Of a stretch of DNA of 64,000 bases, positions 52,712 through 64,000 are shown piece by piece (position 1 is the stretch's first letter; each line of letters opens with the position of its first letter). Location of the stretch: assembly GCA_965112155.1 (NCBI GenBank), contig OZ218110.1. One strand, given 5' to 3'. The translations under genes were made by a program, and so were the position numbers. This DNA comes from Podarcis liolepis (Eukaryota). Below the pieces are notes generated by a model, which made no database searches, was not told the origin of the DNA, and was given only the letters and a program-made list of their open reading frames with translations.

Positions 52712-53639
52712 CTGTTACACACAAACACACTGGAGGTTAGAGAGATTAGCTTGTTGTGGAGCAGAAACCAAGATCCACTTATCACCACACACTTTTCGTT
52801 ATCATTTAGAAAGCTCTTGCAGGTTACTACTCTGCAGGCTCCCTGAACAGCTGCGTTTTGTTTCCGACGGATGCAAATTACATGATCAGGCATGTTCCCA
52901 AAGGCAAGAGAGATCGCACTGGATTAGCTCCTGAGCCTCTAACAGCAAATCAATTAATGTATTCCAGTCCCTCTCCCAGTCAAGTGCCTTAAGGCAGGAA
53001 GGTGTGCATGTATTAAAATGTCCTGTGCATTATGTGAAAACAAACAGCGCGTCAGATGAGCTTTTAAAACCCAGTGGAAAAGATCTACTCGTCACCATCC
53101 AAACGAGTCCAGAACTAGAAGAATTCAGTTGTCCTAACGCTACAGAGTCAGAAAGGGGATCCAAGCTGTGGGTGTATCTTTGTTATAGGCTAAAAATTCT
53201 AGGCGAGTCTCTTCCCTTCAGAAAGAAGTGAGGAATCTGGGCCAAAGGCCGTGTTTGTTTTCAAAGTCAGGCAGATTTCAAATGTGTCCACTGTGCTCTT
53301 CTCCCATTTAGAGGGTGGAGACAAAAAGGGGAAGAAATAAATTGCCACTGAAATATCCACACAAATATCAGGGTTGGAGAAGAAGCACGTTTGTCAAGGC
53401 CAGAGCAGTACTTTGTGTCCACACACGAAACTAGCCACGGCTATTCTGCAGTCCTGTTTAGACTCAGGACACCTGTATCCAAAAACCAAGAGTCTTTTGG
53501 GGAAAGCAGCAGATTTTGCTTCCAAGACCAATGGGATTCCCCCCATGTTTTGCCTATAAAGATGCTTTCACTGGAAGTGTGCGCCAGCAGTGTTTTCAGG
53601 GCATAGCAGTAGAGCCAGAGTGGTATGAATTGTACTTAC

Positions 53640-53852
53640 TGTGCCCCGCCTGAGGGCGAACTGGATGGAGTCAAGGTCAGCAACAGGACACCAGACTTCA
53701 GCAATGAGACATTTCTGGGTCACATCAATGTTGCAGAGGTTCAGGGTGTGGTAGATGGCCTTCATCTTGCGCACCTTTATGAACCAGACACGGACGTTCT
53801 TGGCAGCAGCCTGCAGGACCCTCTGTCGGTGATCCTCGGTTTGGTTCAGCAC
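53640..53852 (-). CDS. ATP6V0A1: ATP6V0A1 exon ([14 protein letters not shown]...IQFALRRGT), 213 nt
   Basis: Lies within ORF 53568..54005; ttcag| acceptor and |gtaagt donor. Confidence 0.97.
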
Positions 53853-55424
53853 CTGAAGGGGAAGAGGGATCATGTCACATAAGGCCAGGCTCAAGAGATG
53901 CTGAACTGCATTCCAACACTGTCTAATTCTGAGAGTTCTGCTGTAACAGAAGATACAGGAAGCCTGGAACAAAGACTGTGGTTGTGTATAGTACAGATTT
54001 TGCATCCAGAAAACAGGGAATTACGTGCTCCAATTAAAATAAATGCAATTACCCATAGTCTTAATGTGCAATGTTTGTTCTGCTTTGCATTAACCAAGGA
54101 AAGATGAGACTCAAATGGGGCGTTCATCATTCTCTACCCTATCATCTATGGAAATTTTACTTAGCCCACTCTAGCTTGAGACTTCACATATTTTCAGATC
54201 CTATTTTTGCAGCCGTTCAGGCTACAAACTTTATATCTTCCCTCCCCCCACCTCCCCCAGATGTTTTTTTGTTGTGCAGCAGACAACCATGTCCATGCCT
54301 CCATGGTACAATCCCACAAATCCCTTCCAGCCCAAGAACAACAAGATGTTTAGCTGAAGGCAGAGGGAGGGAATGATAACTACGCAGTGGTGAGGAAGAC
54401 TGAAAAACGGGGGTGGACAGGACCACCCCTGCTCACGAGCTCTGCAGTTCCAACCATGTTGTTGCAGTTATATATGCTACATAGCCCACAGCATCCCTGC
54501 CGAGTACGCCAAAAGAACAAATTGCTTGCATTCCCAGTAAGAGAATGTTCACCCCTGCCCCACCTCTGCTGGCATTTGGTAGGAAAAATGCAGCATGGGG
54601 TGGGGGTGGGGAGAGACTGCGTGGGGAGTTTCTCAACTTTGGCAGATTTCTTGTGAAAAAGACCAGATTGCTTCAAAACTTTACATCTGAAAAATGACCA
54701 TATACACAGAATAGGTCTCTTAAAAAGACTAAAACAATATAACCACTCTGGAAGCTATAGCATGGCCAGCTTCTGACAGTACCCCAAAACCAACAAATGA
54801 CCACAAATAGTGCTTTACAGGGGGCTAAACAGAGCTGCATTTGTTATCTCCACAAGAAGTGCAGCCCATTGCCTCAGGGCAATGGCTGAGCCCAAAGTAC
54901 TGTGTCAAATTCTACCTTTTTTTTAATTTCACGAAAAGGATCTTCAGTAGGGCCTTTGCTAAAGAAAAATATGTTGAGGCAGAAGAGGGGCTCTGCAAGA
55001 CTAGGATATCTCAGGTTAAGTTAGCTCCTTGAATTGGGCCAAGAAGCTAGCCAGCAAAGTTAATGGCTAGAGACAAAGGCAGCCCCTGAATGCAAAATAG
55101 CCAGTAAGCAGATGGCTTGGCAGTCTTCGAAGGTTACTTTCTGAAATCATCCAGAGAAACCAAAAGCAACTCAAGGCTGGCAGTGAACGCCCTCTAGAAG
55201 CTCCAAATCAAGTAACGAGATGTGGTGACTTACAGTGCCAAAAACCTCCAAGGTCTAAGAGAATCAGCAAGTAGAAATTCGCCCTGCCAATTCCCAGGAG
55301 GAGATAGTTTACAAAGGCTACCAAAGTTGCATACCCAGCCAGGGAAGCAAATTGAAATGACTTAGTAAAGGATGTCTCATTCAGGGAAGCTTAGTCAGGT
55401 GTCACAAGGAAGACTGGAAAAGTA

Positions 55425-55785
55425 TTGGGACCAGGTTACCTAAAGGACCTTCTTCATCCATATGATCTTGCCTGTGTATTGAGATCAAGTAGGTTGGGCA
55501 GGCACACAATAGCATTTTCCGTGACCCCACCTTTATGCATTCTTTACTCACTAAGATCAGTATTAACGTTTTTATGCAGGATTTTTAAAAACCATCTATA
55601 TCACCTTGCTTTTTTCCTGTTGGTGGTATTACAGTGCTGAAATTGAAATTATTTTGAATCATGTATACCTGGAGCTCCTTAAATAGATGTTTTTATTTTA
55701 CCTATTTTTATTATTGTTTACTATTGTAAGCAGCCTTGTGAGGGTGTCTACCCTGAGATATGGCCTAAAAACACTTAATTAAGGA
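55425..55785 (+). mobile_element. L2 LINE 3' fragment
   Basis: GPGYLKDLLHPY..LRSS..AFSV L2-like translation followed by a U-rich 3' UTR. Confidence 0.7.
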
Positions 55786-56308
55786 AATAGTTATAGCCTT
55801 AGGGGGGGTTTTTTGGACCAGAGCCAACATGCCAAAAGTAGGGAATGGTTGCTTAACTGGACCGTTACTGGGAAGAAGGAATGGTGTGTGTTCTTTGATT
55901 TGCTTGATGCCCAACGCTCACATATAATTCCTGCGATGCTACTTGAGCATGTGAACTTCACAAGTGCAGCACAGAAGCTTGCCGACAGAAGGAGGGACAG
56001 TTTGCCCCTCTTGTCCAGTAAAGAAATGTACATTGACAGCAGCCGCAGCCTAAAAGGTACTGGAAAACAGGCACAACAGGAGGGTGCTTAAAGCCACACC
56101 TGATTCTAGGGACACCTGGCAGTTAGCTTTCACAGCCAAATTATCTGTCCGCTTAGATCAATGAACACTACACACTCCTATTATTCGAGTATACAATTGA
56201 AGATAAACTTCCCTGAGGGTAGCAAACCACAAAAGAGAACAATTCAGAGCTCAGGAGGAGCATCATGGGGAAAAACCTGATTGTTTCCCACCCCCACATA
56301 ATTCATAC

Positions 56309-56402
56309 CATCTGAAGGTCATCGATCCTGGTGTTGACTCCAGCAGCCATTTCCTTCCTTTCCTGTGGAGTTTCTGGACAGGGGTAAAGAGACGCCCGGA
56401 AT
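56309..56402 (-). CDS. ATP6V0A1: ATP6V0A1 exon (FRASLYPCPETPQERKEMAAGVNTRIDDLQM), 94 nt
   Basis: Translation; ttcag| acceptor and |gtatga donor. Confidence 0.97.
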
Positions 56403-56545
56403 CTGAAAGGCACACAGTCTGCTCAGTGACAAAGTGACAACACAGCTAACATGATGGAGTGCTCACCACTTGAAAGCCAGCTCTACATGAATTTGGAATG
56501 AGCTGCTTGAACTCCAAGAACCTCCCGTATTTCCAACTTGCTTAC

Positions 56546-56628
56546 CCTTCACAGATCTTCTTGACTCGGTTTTTCAGCTGGTCACCTTGGAAGAAAATAA
56601 TGAACACCGACTTGTGCACATAGTCCCC
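56546..56628 (-). CDS. ATP6V0A1: ATP6V0A1 exon (GDYVHKSVFIIFFQGDQLKNRVKKICEG), 83 nt
   Basis: Translation; tctag| acceptor and |gtaag donor. Confidence 0.97.
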
Positions 56629-57764
56629 CTAGAAGAGAAGGGGGGAAACCAATGCAGAGAGAAGCCTTCAAAAAACAGCGGAATAAGCTTCTGGGGTTAG
56701 GCCTTCAAAACCTTTAACACTAATATGGAGCCATTTCCTGGCTCTCAACCACACACACACACACACCCAAGCAGCCTGCCAACATCTGTAGCATTAGGGA
56801 GCCTTTCAAAATGTATCCAGTTCCACCTCAGACCCTGCAAGGCTCTCATACGTGTTCCAGGGAGAGGCTACCAAGTAAACTCATTGTGCTTTTGCAGAAT
56901 AATTGAGGGGGGCAGGGGAGGAGGAGAAGCAGAGATTAATAACCCTATCTAATTAAGTTTGGCTGGTATAAAGAGGAATTGCAATGTAACCAGAGAACCC
57001 AGGCAGATAAGCCTAGCAGCTGAACAAGGACGTGATCTGCAGTAAACAAGCAGAAGGAAAAGGAGTGAATGGAAAGGAACTGATGTATACAGTGGACTTT
57101 AGAGTCCAAACCCTTGAACTCTCCGGGGAGGCCAGGAGTGCATTCTTCAGGCAGCTGGCTGGGCTCAGATAGCGACTTCCCCCCCTTCCTGCATTTGTTC
57201 AAGAACAAGACACCGGGCTACCTCCATTAGGAAACTTTTTTGCAGCCTTGATGAGAATAGGGGCATTGGGTGGGTGCAACCTTGTTGTCCGTTACACTTT
57301 CCTCTGCTAAGGATGAAGGCAGCTGATTGCTATGATTCAGACTGCCTTCTCTAAGACAAAGACATTCTGAATCCTAAGCTGGGACTGTGCTTTAAAAATA
57401 TATATCCCACCCCACAAAGAGCTGGTTTCTGCAGCATATACAGACATGCAAATGAAGGAAAAATGAAAAGATTTGCTTATCTTGGACATTAGTAGACAGG
57501 TGGTAGGAACAAAATAAACATTGACTAGGGGCTTCAAACTGTGTTGTGGGGGGGGGGGGAGACCTCTTTTCTGCCTCTAACGCACCCATCTGAACTTTTC
57601 ACAAATCCTAATTTCACCTTCATTGTAACTGGTGTTTGGTTTCTCAAACAAGACACCCAAGATTCAAGCCTGCCTGGAAGCATTTCCCAAGACTTAGGGT
57701 AACCCCTGAGCCCAAATTCTAGAGTAGCTGGCATTATTAAAGCTCCATACTACTTACTACCTCG

Positions 57765-57765
<1 letters not shown>

Positions 57766-57812
<47 letters not shown>

Positions 57813-57840
57813 TTATTTCTAACCCGCCCATCTGGCTGGG
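57766..57840 (-). mobile_element. L2 3' terminus with (ATT)n tail
   Basis: CCCAGCCAGATGGGCGGG..AATAAAT(TAT)n on the minus strand. Confidence 0.7.
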
Positions 57841-58467
57841 TACCATTATTTGTCCTCACTACTAACCCTGTTGATACCATTAGTTGTTTAAGTTAACAAA
57901 ACCAGATCCATGTGTGTCATTTAACAGTGTGTTTCAGGATCCATTTTGTTTACATTTTAAAACATGTGACAAATCTAATTATTATAGCACACAGACATTA
58001 GAATATGCAACCATGTACTTAAATCAAGTCTATCCAATATTTAGAGAGCATTTGGTTTTTGAGCTCATTCATCTAGCTTAATGTTCTTCTTTAGTGGACT
58101 AAAACCATACATAGTCAAAACTTCAACTGAGAATATCTTTTTAAGGATATTGACATAAAACTCTTTTGAGGATGTATTTGAGGGTACTGAGATAAAAGGT
58201 AACTTCTGTAAGTGAATTGTTAAGCTGTCAAAAGAAAAGACCACTTTTAAAATTTCACAATCCTACACCTCCACATAATGAGGGCATTATCAACGGCTTC
58301 AAAGAAAGCAGGCAGTTATATTTCAGATCCAATTAAAATATGACTTCTCCATGATCCACAACAGAAGTCAAGCTTTTGTTAAGAAGAACACACTGTAAGA
58401 AGTTAGGCTGCAAGCTTTCATCTTGACAGCCCACAGCAGCCTGCGGCTGCAAAAGAAGTCCTTATAC

Positions 58468-58594
58468 CGTCACAGGGTCCTCCAGCGGATTTTCAATTTC
58501 AGCCTGACGCAAGAAGACATTTCCACGACACACCCTCCACAGCATCCGCTCAAAGGTAGGGATCCGCTCACGATTGATCACACCAGCCACAAAT
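58468..58594 (-). CDS. ATP6V0A1: ATP6V0A1 exon ([42 protein letters not shown]), 127 nt
   Basis: Canonical a-subunit motif; ttcag| acceptor, |gtataa donor; phase fits neighbours. Confidence 0.97.
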
Positions 58595-58828
58595 CTGAAC
58601 ACAATGGAAGTCACACAAAAATAAAAGAAATGAGTATGCATTCAGCAATGTTCTGTTCAGTGCAGGGCCTGGAAGACACACAGACAGATACAGTAAAGGC
58701 AACAGAAAGCAAGAGAGGGACCCAACATCAACGGTTTGGTGAATATGAAAGGGAAACAAGCCACTGTCTATGCAATTTTAGTAAAAAAAAGAAGGTAGGA
58801 TTCAAACTCTGTTTCTTTCAGCATTAGG

Positions 58829-58925
58829 AACTACCTGACTTTTAGAAAACATCTGAAGGCAGCCCTGTTTAGGGAAGTTTTTAATGTTTGATTCTATTTT
58901 TAATATTCTGTTGGGAGCATTATTA

Positions 58926-58959
<34 letters not shown>
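58829..58959 (+). mobile_element. L2 3' UTR fragment with (ATT)n tail
   Basis: CATCTGAAGGCAGCCCTGTTTAGGGAAGTTTTTAATG..TTGGGAGC then (ATT)n. Confidence 0.7.
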
Positions 58960-60179
58960 GAAGCCACTTTTGCTCTTTTGTGCTGTGCCTATAGAAAGGC
59001 TTGACACACTGTGGCTAAGGAAGCAGAACTATGGTTTGGCATGACATATAAACTGGCAACCCTTGTTTCATAATTGACCAGCAAAGCAGGATGGGGAACC
59101 GTGCTTTGAGGTGGATTTGTGAATCATGATTTGCGATGTGATGTCTGAATTGACCAGCTATAGGTTACAGTCTACTCCCAAAGACTGCTACACCAAGGAG
59201 AGAGGCATAATCTTATGGCACTGAGTGTTGAGACAAAGGAAAAACAAAAGCAGCCAAGCACTCTACACACCACATAGTATACCTGCTGTATGTTCAGAAC
59301 CTCAAACCATTATGGGTTCTAGATAGTTAGTTCAAAGTGATTGACATTAACATCTGAGCTGAGGCAAAAATTAGCAAATGTTATAGAAATAAGACCTAAA
59401 GAAGCTACATTCTCAAAGAGCTGGAAGTCTGCTGAAGGACACTATTTGTTAAAATGGTCCATTTAACAATGATTCATTATTCAGAAATTATATAAAAAAA
59501 ACTAAGATGCACCACAGAAAATAAAACAAGTGAATATCAAGTACAATACTACATGAAATCAAACATGAGAATGGAAGCTGAACAAAATTCATACAGACAG
59601 AAACACATAGGATTGTCATTTTGCCTGAATTTTGCATGCTAATAGAAGGACAAATTTAGTAGATCTTTAACTGAAAATCATTATTTCCATGTCAACCTTT
59701 CAGAATCTGAACAAAATCCACTATTGTGTAAATCAAGAACTCTGTTTATCAATTGTTGGTGCACATAAAAGGCATCCATAGCTGCTGTCAAGGCTATCCA
59801 AATATCAAAGCAGCACTAAGAGTGAAAACTGATAAGCTACAGAAATTCTATATTATCTGCACAGCCTGGGGCCAATATTTATTCGGTTCTTTACATTTCC
59901 AAAAACACAAAAGTGGAACTGCTGTCAGTTAACTGCTTTTCTGTCAACAATCTGGCAAGGGATGCATCCTGTTCAATCAGATCTGGTACTGAGCAACTTA
60001 ATTCAGATTCAGCTAAATAATATTAACACCAAGAAATAGCTTGCTCTCCTCCAAGGAATCAAGAATAGTATAGAAGAATGCAAACCCAAGTCCTACGGCC
60101 TTAACCAATCATGCCTGATGCGCAGAAGAGATCCTACAGAACACAACCGATGCTGCTGAAAAGTGAAAGTTGCACGTAC

Positions 60180-60262
60180 CCTAACCGTAGCGGGGTTCCT
60201 CTTCCCAGTTCACTCGGCTCCAGCAGAGACGAAGACTCCTCCAACAGGTCGGGATCCGCCAT
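60180..60262 (-). CDS. ATP6V0A1: V-ATPase V0 subunit a1 coding exon (MADPDLLEESSSLLEPSELGRGTPLRLG), 83 nt; extends to 60283 with the alternative acceptor
   Basis: Translation matches the a1 N-terminal domain; cag|ATG acceptor; GG|gtacgt donor (phase 2). Confidence 0.96.
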
Positions 60263-60283
60263 CTGCTGATGATGCAATTCAGC
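60263..60283 (-). CDS. ATP6V0A1: 21-nt alternative 3' splice-site extension (AELHHQQ)
   Basis: ttcag|GCTGAATTGCATCATCAGCAG|ATG; in frame; same peptide as the known mammalian a1 splice insert (from memory). Confidence 0.88.
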
Positions 60284-60767
60284 CTGAATTCACAAATCAA
60301 TTAACATCTAATGAAACTAGTTAGTGGCATGCAGGGGGATGAGGAACCAGGAGATGGATGGAGAGAAGCAAAGAAATACCAAAGGAGGAAAAAATGAAAG
60401 AAGAGAAGGCTCTAGGAGGATGTGAAGAAAAGGTGAGCAAGGCATCTCCACAAAGCCAACAGAGGGAGAGCGACATGATGCTTGCGAAACACAGAACTTC
60501 CAAGCTGGACATAAAAACTGCAAGTTAAGTTCTGAAGAAATATGGTGGGAAATGGGCAATCCCTCATTCAGGCCTCTGCAGACTTTTGAAAAAGGAGTCA
60601 CCCCCCCCCTTTAAATGCCACCATGAACTATGCAGCTGCTCTGTACTCTAGTACAAGCTATCAGCCTCAGCAAAGATGCTCCAGGCTCAATAGAGAGAAG
60701 CAAACATGTACATAGAAGTTGGAAGAAAGGCAAGAGGTTGCCTGGCCAAGAACTGGATGATATATAC

Positions 60768-60893
60768 CAGCTTCCTCAAACTTGGGTCTCCAGCTCTTGT
60801 TGGACTACAATTCCCATCACCCTACCTATCAACCAGCGGTTGTGGATGATGGGAATTATAGTCCAACTGGAGACTCAAGTTTGGGAAACACTG
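60768..60893. mobile_element. hAT MITE related to 9156-9291
   Basis: GGACTACAATTCCCATCA..TGATGGGAATTATAGTCC arms; TSD ATATATAC/CTATATAC. Confidence 0.82.
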
Positions 60894-63776
60894 CTATATA
60901 CACAGGGCTATGTATACTATGAACCTTAGAGAGAAGATAACAAAATATCAAAATTCTGCTATAAAGTAAACCATGTTCTACACTAAACAAAGTTAAGTGT
61001 CAGTGGGTTATGATTAAGCAAACTAAAGTGCCTACCTACTTGTACTGTAATTTATTCTGCTTCTGTTACTAACGGGGAATAGCAAGAGTTACGTAGGGCA
61101 CTGAAGCTCAGTCCTGGAAAGCCTCCCAGCCCCTGTTCAATTTTCTGTGATTTCAGCAGGCATTTCCTATGTATTTTTCCTGCCTAGTTTCATAACCAGA
61201 GGGGTATAAACCTTTGCTTTATTTATTTACTTACTTACTTACTTACTTATTTAATAAAATGTATATACTGCTTGATTGGAAAAAGAAACCTCAAAGTGGT
61301 TTACGAAAGATGAAACAGTAAAGTCAAGAAAAAATTACAACCCTACTTTAAAACATACAAACGTTTAAAGTACTAAAACAGATTTAAGATTGCTTTAAGA
61401 AATATGTGGATTTTAGGGTGCTTATACCCAACACCAGGGCCTAAAAAATTGAACCAGAATTCTGCAAGCTGAATCAGAACTTAGGCAAATCATCATAATA
61501 TTCTATTATGAATGATTTATTATGAAATGTGATTGCTCTGTCCAATTTATTCTGCTTTTGCTATCTGTACGTGGCAAAGAACATGGAGGACCCAGCGACA
61601 AATAATAGAAATCTCATTAGCAATCCTCACTGGCTTCCGAGATTTCAGCAGGGTTCGCCCACACACTTCCAAGAATACTCAGCCATAATGGCTAGAAAAG
61701 GGCTTTTATTATTTCTTTTTATTTCAATATGATCAAGAAGCCAGGTTCTAAAGTTACAGCATAATCTTGTCTTATAGCAAGTTCTGTGCTTGTACAGAAC
61801 ATACACAGCCCCGATTTATTTGACCAGACTGTCCTTGCAGGAAGATCTGAAGAGGAACAAGATAATTTTATATCCCCCAAATGCAAATAACTTGCTACTT
61901 CTGCACCTTGGGTGAACCCCACAAAAGGGACTTTTGACACCCTTTCCCCCCAGCATGCTTTATTTCGAACAAAGCATTCATGACTTAGAACATTTGTACA
62001 CATTTATTATTTAATTTCTTTTATGAATTGTTTCCTCTAAAACATCTTTTTAGCTCTTCATCTTTTTAGCTGGAATTCACGACTTAATCATTTCCCCCTG
62101 TAATCTGCTGGCTAAGACTTAATGGAAACTTAACTTGCGCAAGCGTTCATGTTATAGCTCAGGAAGGATGTTGATGCTACACCCTCAGAGGCAGCATTAA
62201 CATGACAAAACAGTCGAAATCATTTCCACCTTGACACAGCCCATACGGTAAAGAAACCACTTGGAGAAAAGAAGCAGATGTAGCTTTAAAATAAGACATC
62301 ACCTTTCAACATGCATGCAAGGGGCTCCTGCAAATGAGGGGCATGAGAATCCAAAGACACACATATCAGACCAAGCAACTGGCCATGAGTACAGACCACA
62401 GTCCAGCAGCACAGGCAGACTGATTTGCTATTCAGAACACAAAGGGGCTCCTAAGATATCCCCCGAAAGCACAAGCTTTTGGCAACAGGGTAATAAGGTG
62501 GGAGCGTGCTGAAATATGCTCCCCTGGTCTTCCAATTCCTTCTCCGATCTATAGCAGGAATGTTGAACTTGTGACCTCTCCAGATAATATTAGATGACAA
62601 CTCTCATCATCCATGCCCACTGACCATGCTGATGAGAGTCCAACAACATCTGAAGGGCCACAGGTTCCCCATCCAATATCCACAGTTACAATACTTCAAG
62701 GAGGAGAGGACAGAGAGTAAAGAAAGAGCAATGAGTGGAGGGACCCCCTGTTCCCCATCCTTTGGACCTCCGGGGAAACTCAACAGACTTGCTGCGCCTG
62801 GAACTGGGTGTGGAGAGGACAGCTGAATGGTCACAGCTGTGGGCAGCTTGAGGAAGCACTATCCACCTTGGCTTCCCATTAAGAGTCTAGAGTGAGAGAC
62901 TAGGGTGCTATCTTCCCCTATCTATTTCATTCTACATGTAGCAAAACAGGTGTGTGGGGCAAGTCCCACGTAAGAAATGCATAGGCAGGATTCACATGAG
63001 ATCCTGGCAGAAAGCAGTATCATGCGAACTAGCCTTAATTCTTCCATTTTCAACTCTCCAATTCATGATACCATTTCACAAAAGATAATTTGCTTTCAAA
63101 GCCTCTTTGCTCCCTCCTAAATCTCCCCTCGTTGTGCCTACCACCATGCTGAAGTCCCCTGCCTGATTGTTCAAGGAATGCAACAAAGAAAGCAGGAAAT
63201 AAAATGCCAGCATACTCTATAAAACACAGCTCCTCCAACATACGTACATGGAGAACACAAATGGCTGGGGGTTTTTTAAAGCGAAAGATCTTGAACTGCA
63301 TTTGCAAGGACAAAAATGTTTATTTCTATTGTACAAGTCCTCAAATTATGTTACAGGGAGCCTCCCCGTGCAAAGAAGGGAAAATGGAAGTCAGCAAGGG
63401 GCAGGGAGGTTGAGACTTGCTTCAAACCTTGTGCCACCCTTGCCATCAACTTGATGACAATGTCTTAGCTTTTGTTTGTTGTTTGGGAGGGCCAAGCTCA
63501 GACCCAGTGATAGTTCCTCCTAAAGAGGATTGAATTGTATCAGCATCTCTTATACCAACAAGCAGCAACCATCCCACAACTTGAAGAAGAAAGGCACAAT
63601 CAGAAAGCTTTCCTACAAGAGCATCCTTTTTATGGCATTTTATGTTTTATTGTACTTGCGTATTACTTTTACACCACCTTAGTATTTTTTTTTAATATGA
63701 GAGGCACTCTATAAATACTTTAGCTGTTGTCCAGGGTGTGCAGCTCAAGGTCTTTCTGCAATGGATATACAAAACA

Positions 63777-63777
<1 letters not shown>

Positions 63778-63812
<35 letters not shown>
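63778..63812. repeat. (CA)n microsatellite
   Basis: Directly visible. Confidence 0.95.
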
Positions 63813-63814
<2 letters not shown>

Positions 63815-64000
63815 CCTTGAGCAAATGACAAGAGTAAACACAGATACAGTTTTCACAGTCCGCAACAACTGCAGCAGGGACCACCAAAAGGAGGAACAGA
63901 TGACAGATGGAGAATGAGAACTAAGGACTGAAGATGATGACAGAAAAGAAAGAATCCAGAGGAAAGAGATGGAAACTGCATGCCATTAACCATTACTTTT

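Noticed and set aside
60380-60411. 32-nt candidate exon within the CU-rich tract
   Set aside because: Not frame-preserving, weak donor, and the composition is typical of intron
62236-63930. Several acceptor-like sites in the upstream ATP6V0A1 intron (about 62259, 62508, 62886, 63162, 63927)
   Set aside because: Weak or absent donors or in-frame stops, and no recognisable peptide; cannot be supported without RNA-seq
1-64000. CRISPR arrays, prokaryotic-type systems, endogenous viral or intact transposase ORFs
   Set aside because: No regularly spaced repeats and no long ORFs; the longest ORF is the ASIC exon

Overview
Vertebrate genomic DNA, almost certainly a squamate and probably a lacertid lizard (Sauria-type SINE, tRNA/CR1-tail SINEs, hAT and Tc1/mariner MITEs, L2 fragments). 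There are two genes, both on the minus strand. (1) The 3' part of ATP6V0A1 (V-ATPase V0 subunit a1): 16 constitutive coding exons from MADPDLL (60180-60262) to the stop at 31867, all GT-AG with consistent phases. It has three alternative-splicing units: a 21-nt alternative acceptor (AELHHQQ), a 75-nt cassette exon (EGQPVEPPVSPAQSPQAVEAAAAAT) and an 18-nt microexon (PAVEEV). The 5' exons lie beyond 64000. (2) About 13 kb further downstream, the first coding exon of an acid-sensing ion channel of the ASIC2a type (16326-16889), followed by more than 16 kb of intron with no second exon visible. The most interesting signals concern this proton-pump/proton-sensor tandem, which is not the human gene order. 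They are an orphan splice acceptor 1 kb upstream of the ASIC exon, a CpG-rich promoter-like element inside the last ATP6V0A1 intron, and a possible alternative terminal exon of the same length as the canonical one. Also notable are two SINEs that share a CR1 tail but carry different tRNA heads. No CRISPR arrays, rRNA or functional tRNA genes were seen. Nothing here is a proven new system; the linking hypotheses are inference. Comparisons with human proteins are from memory, not from a database search.
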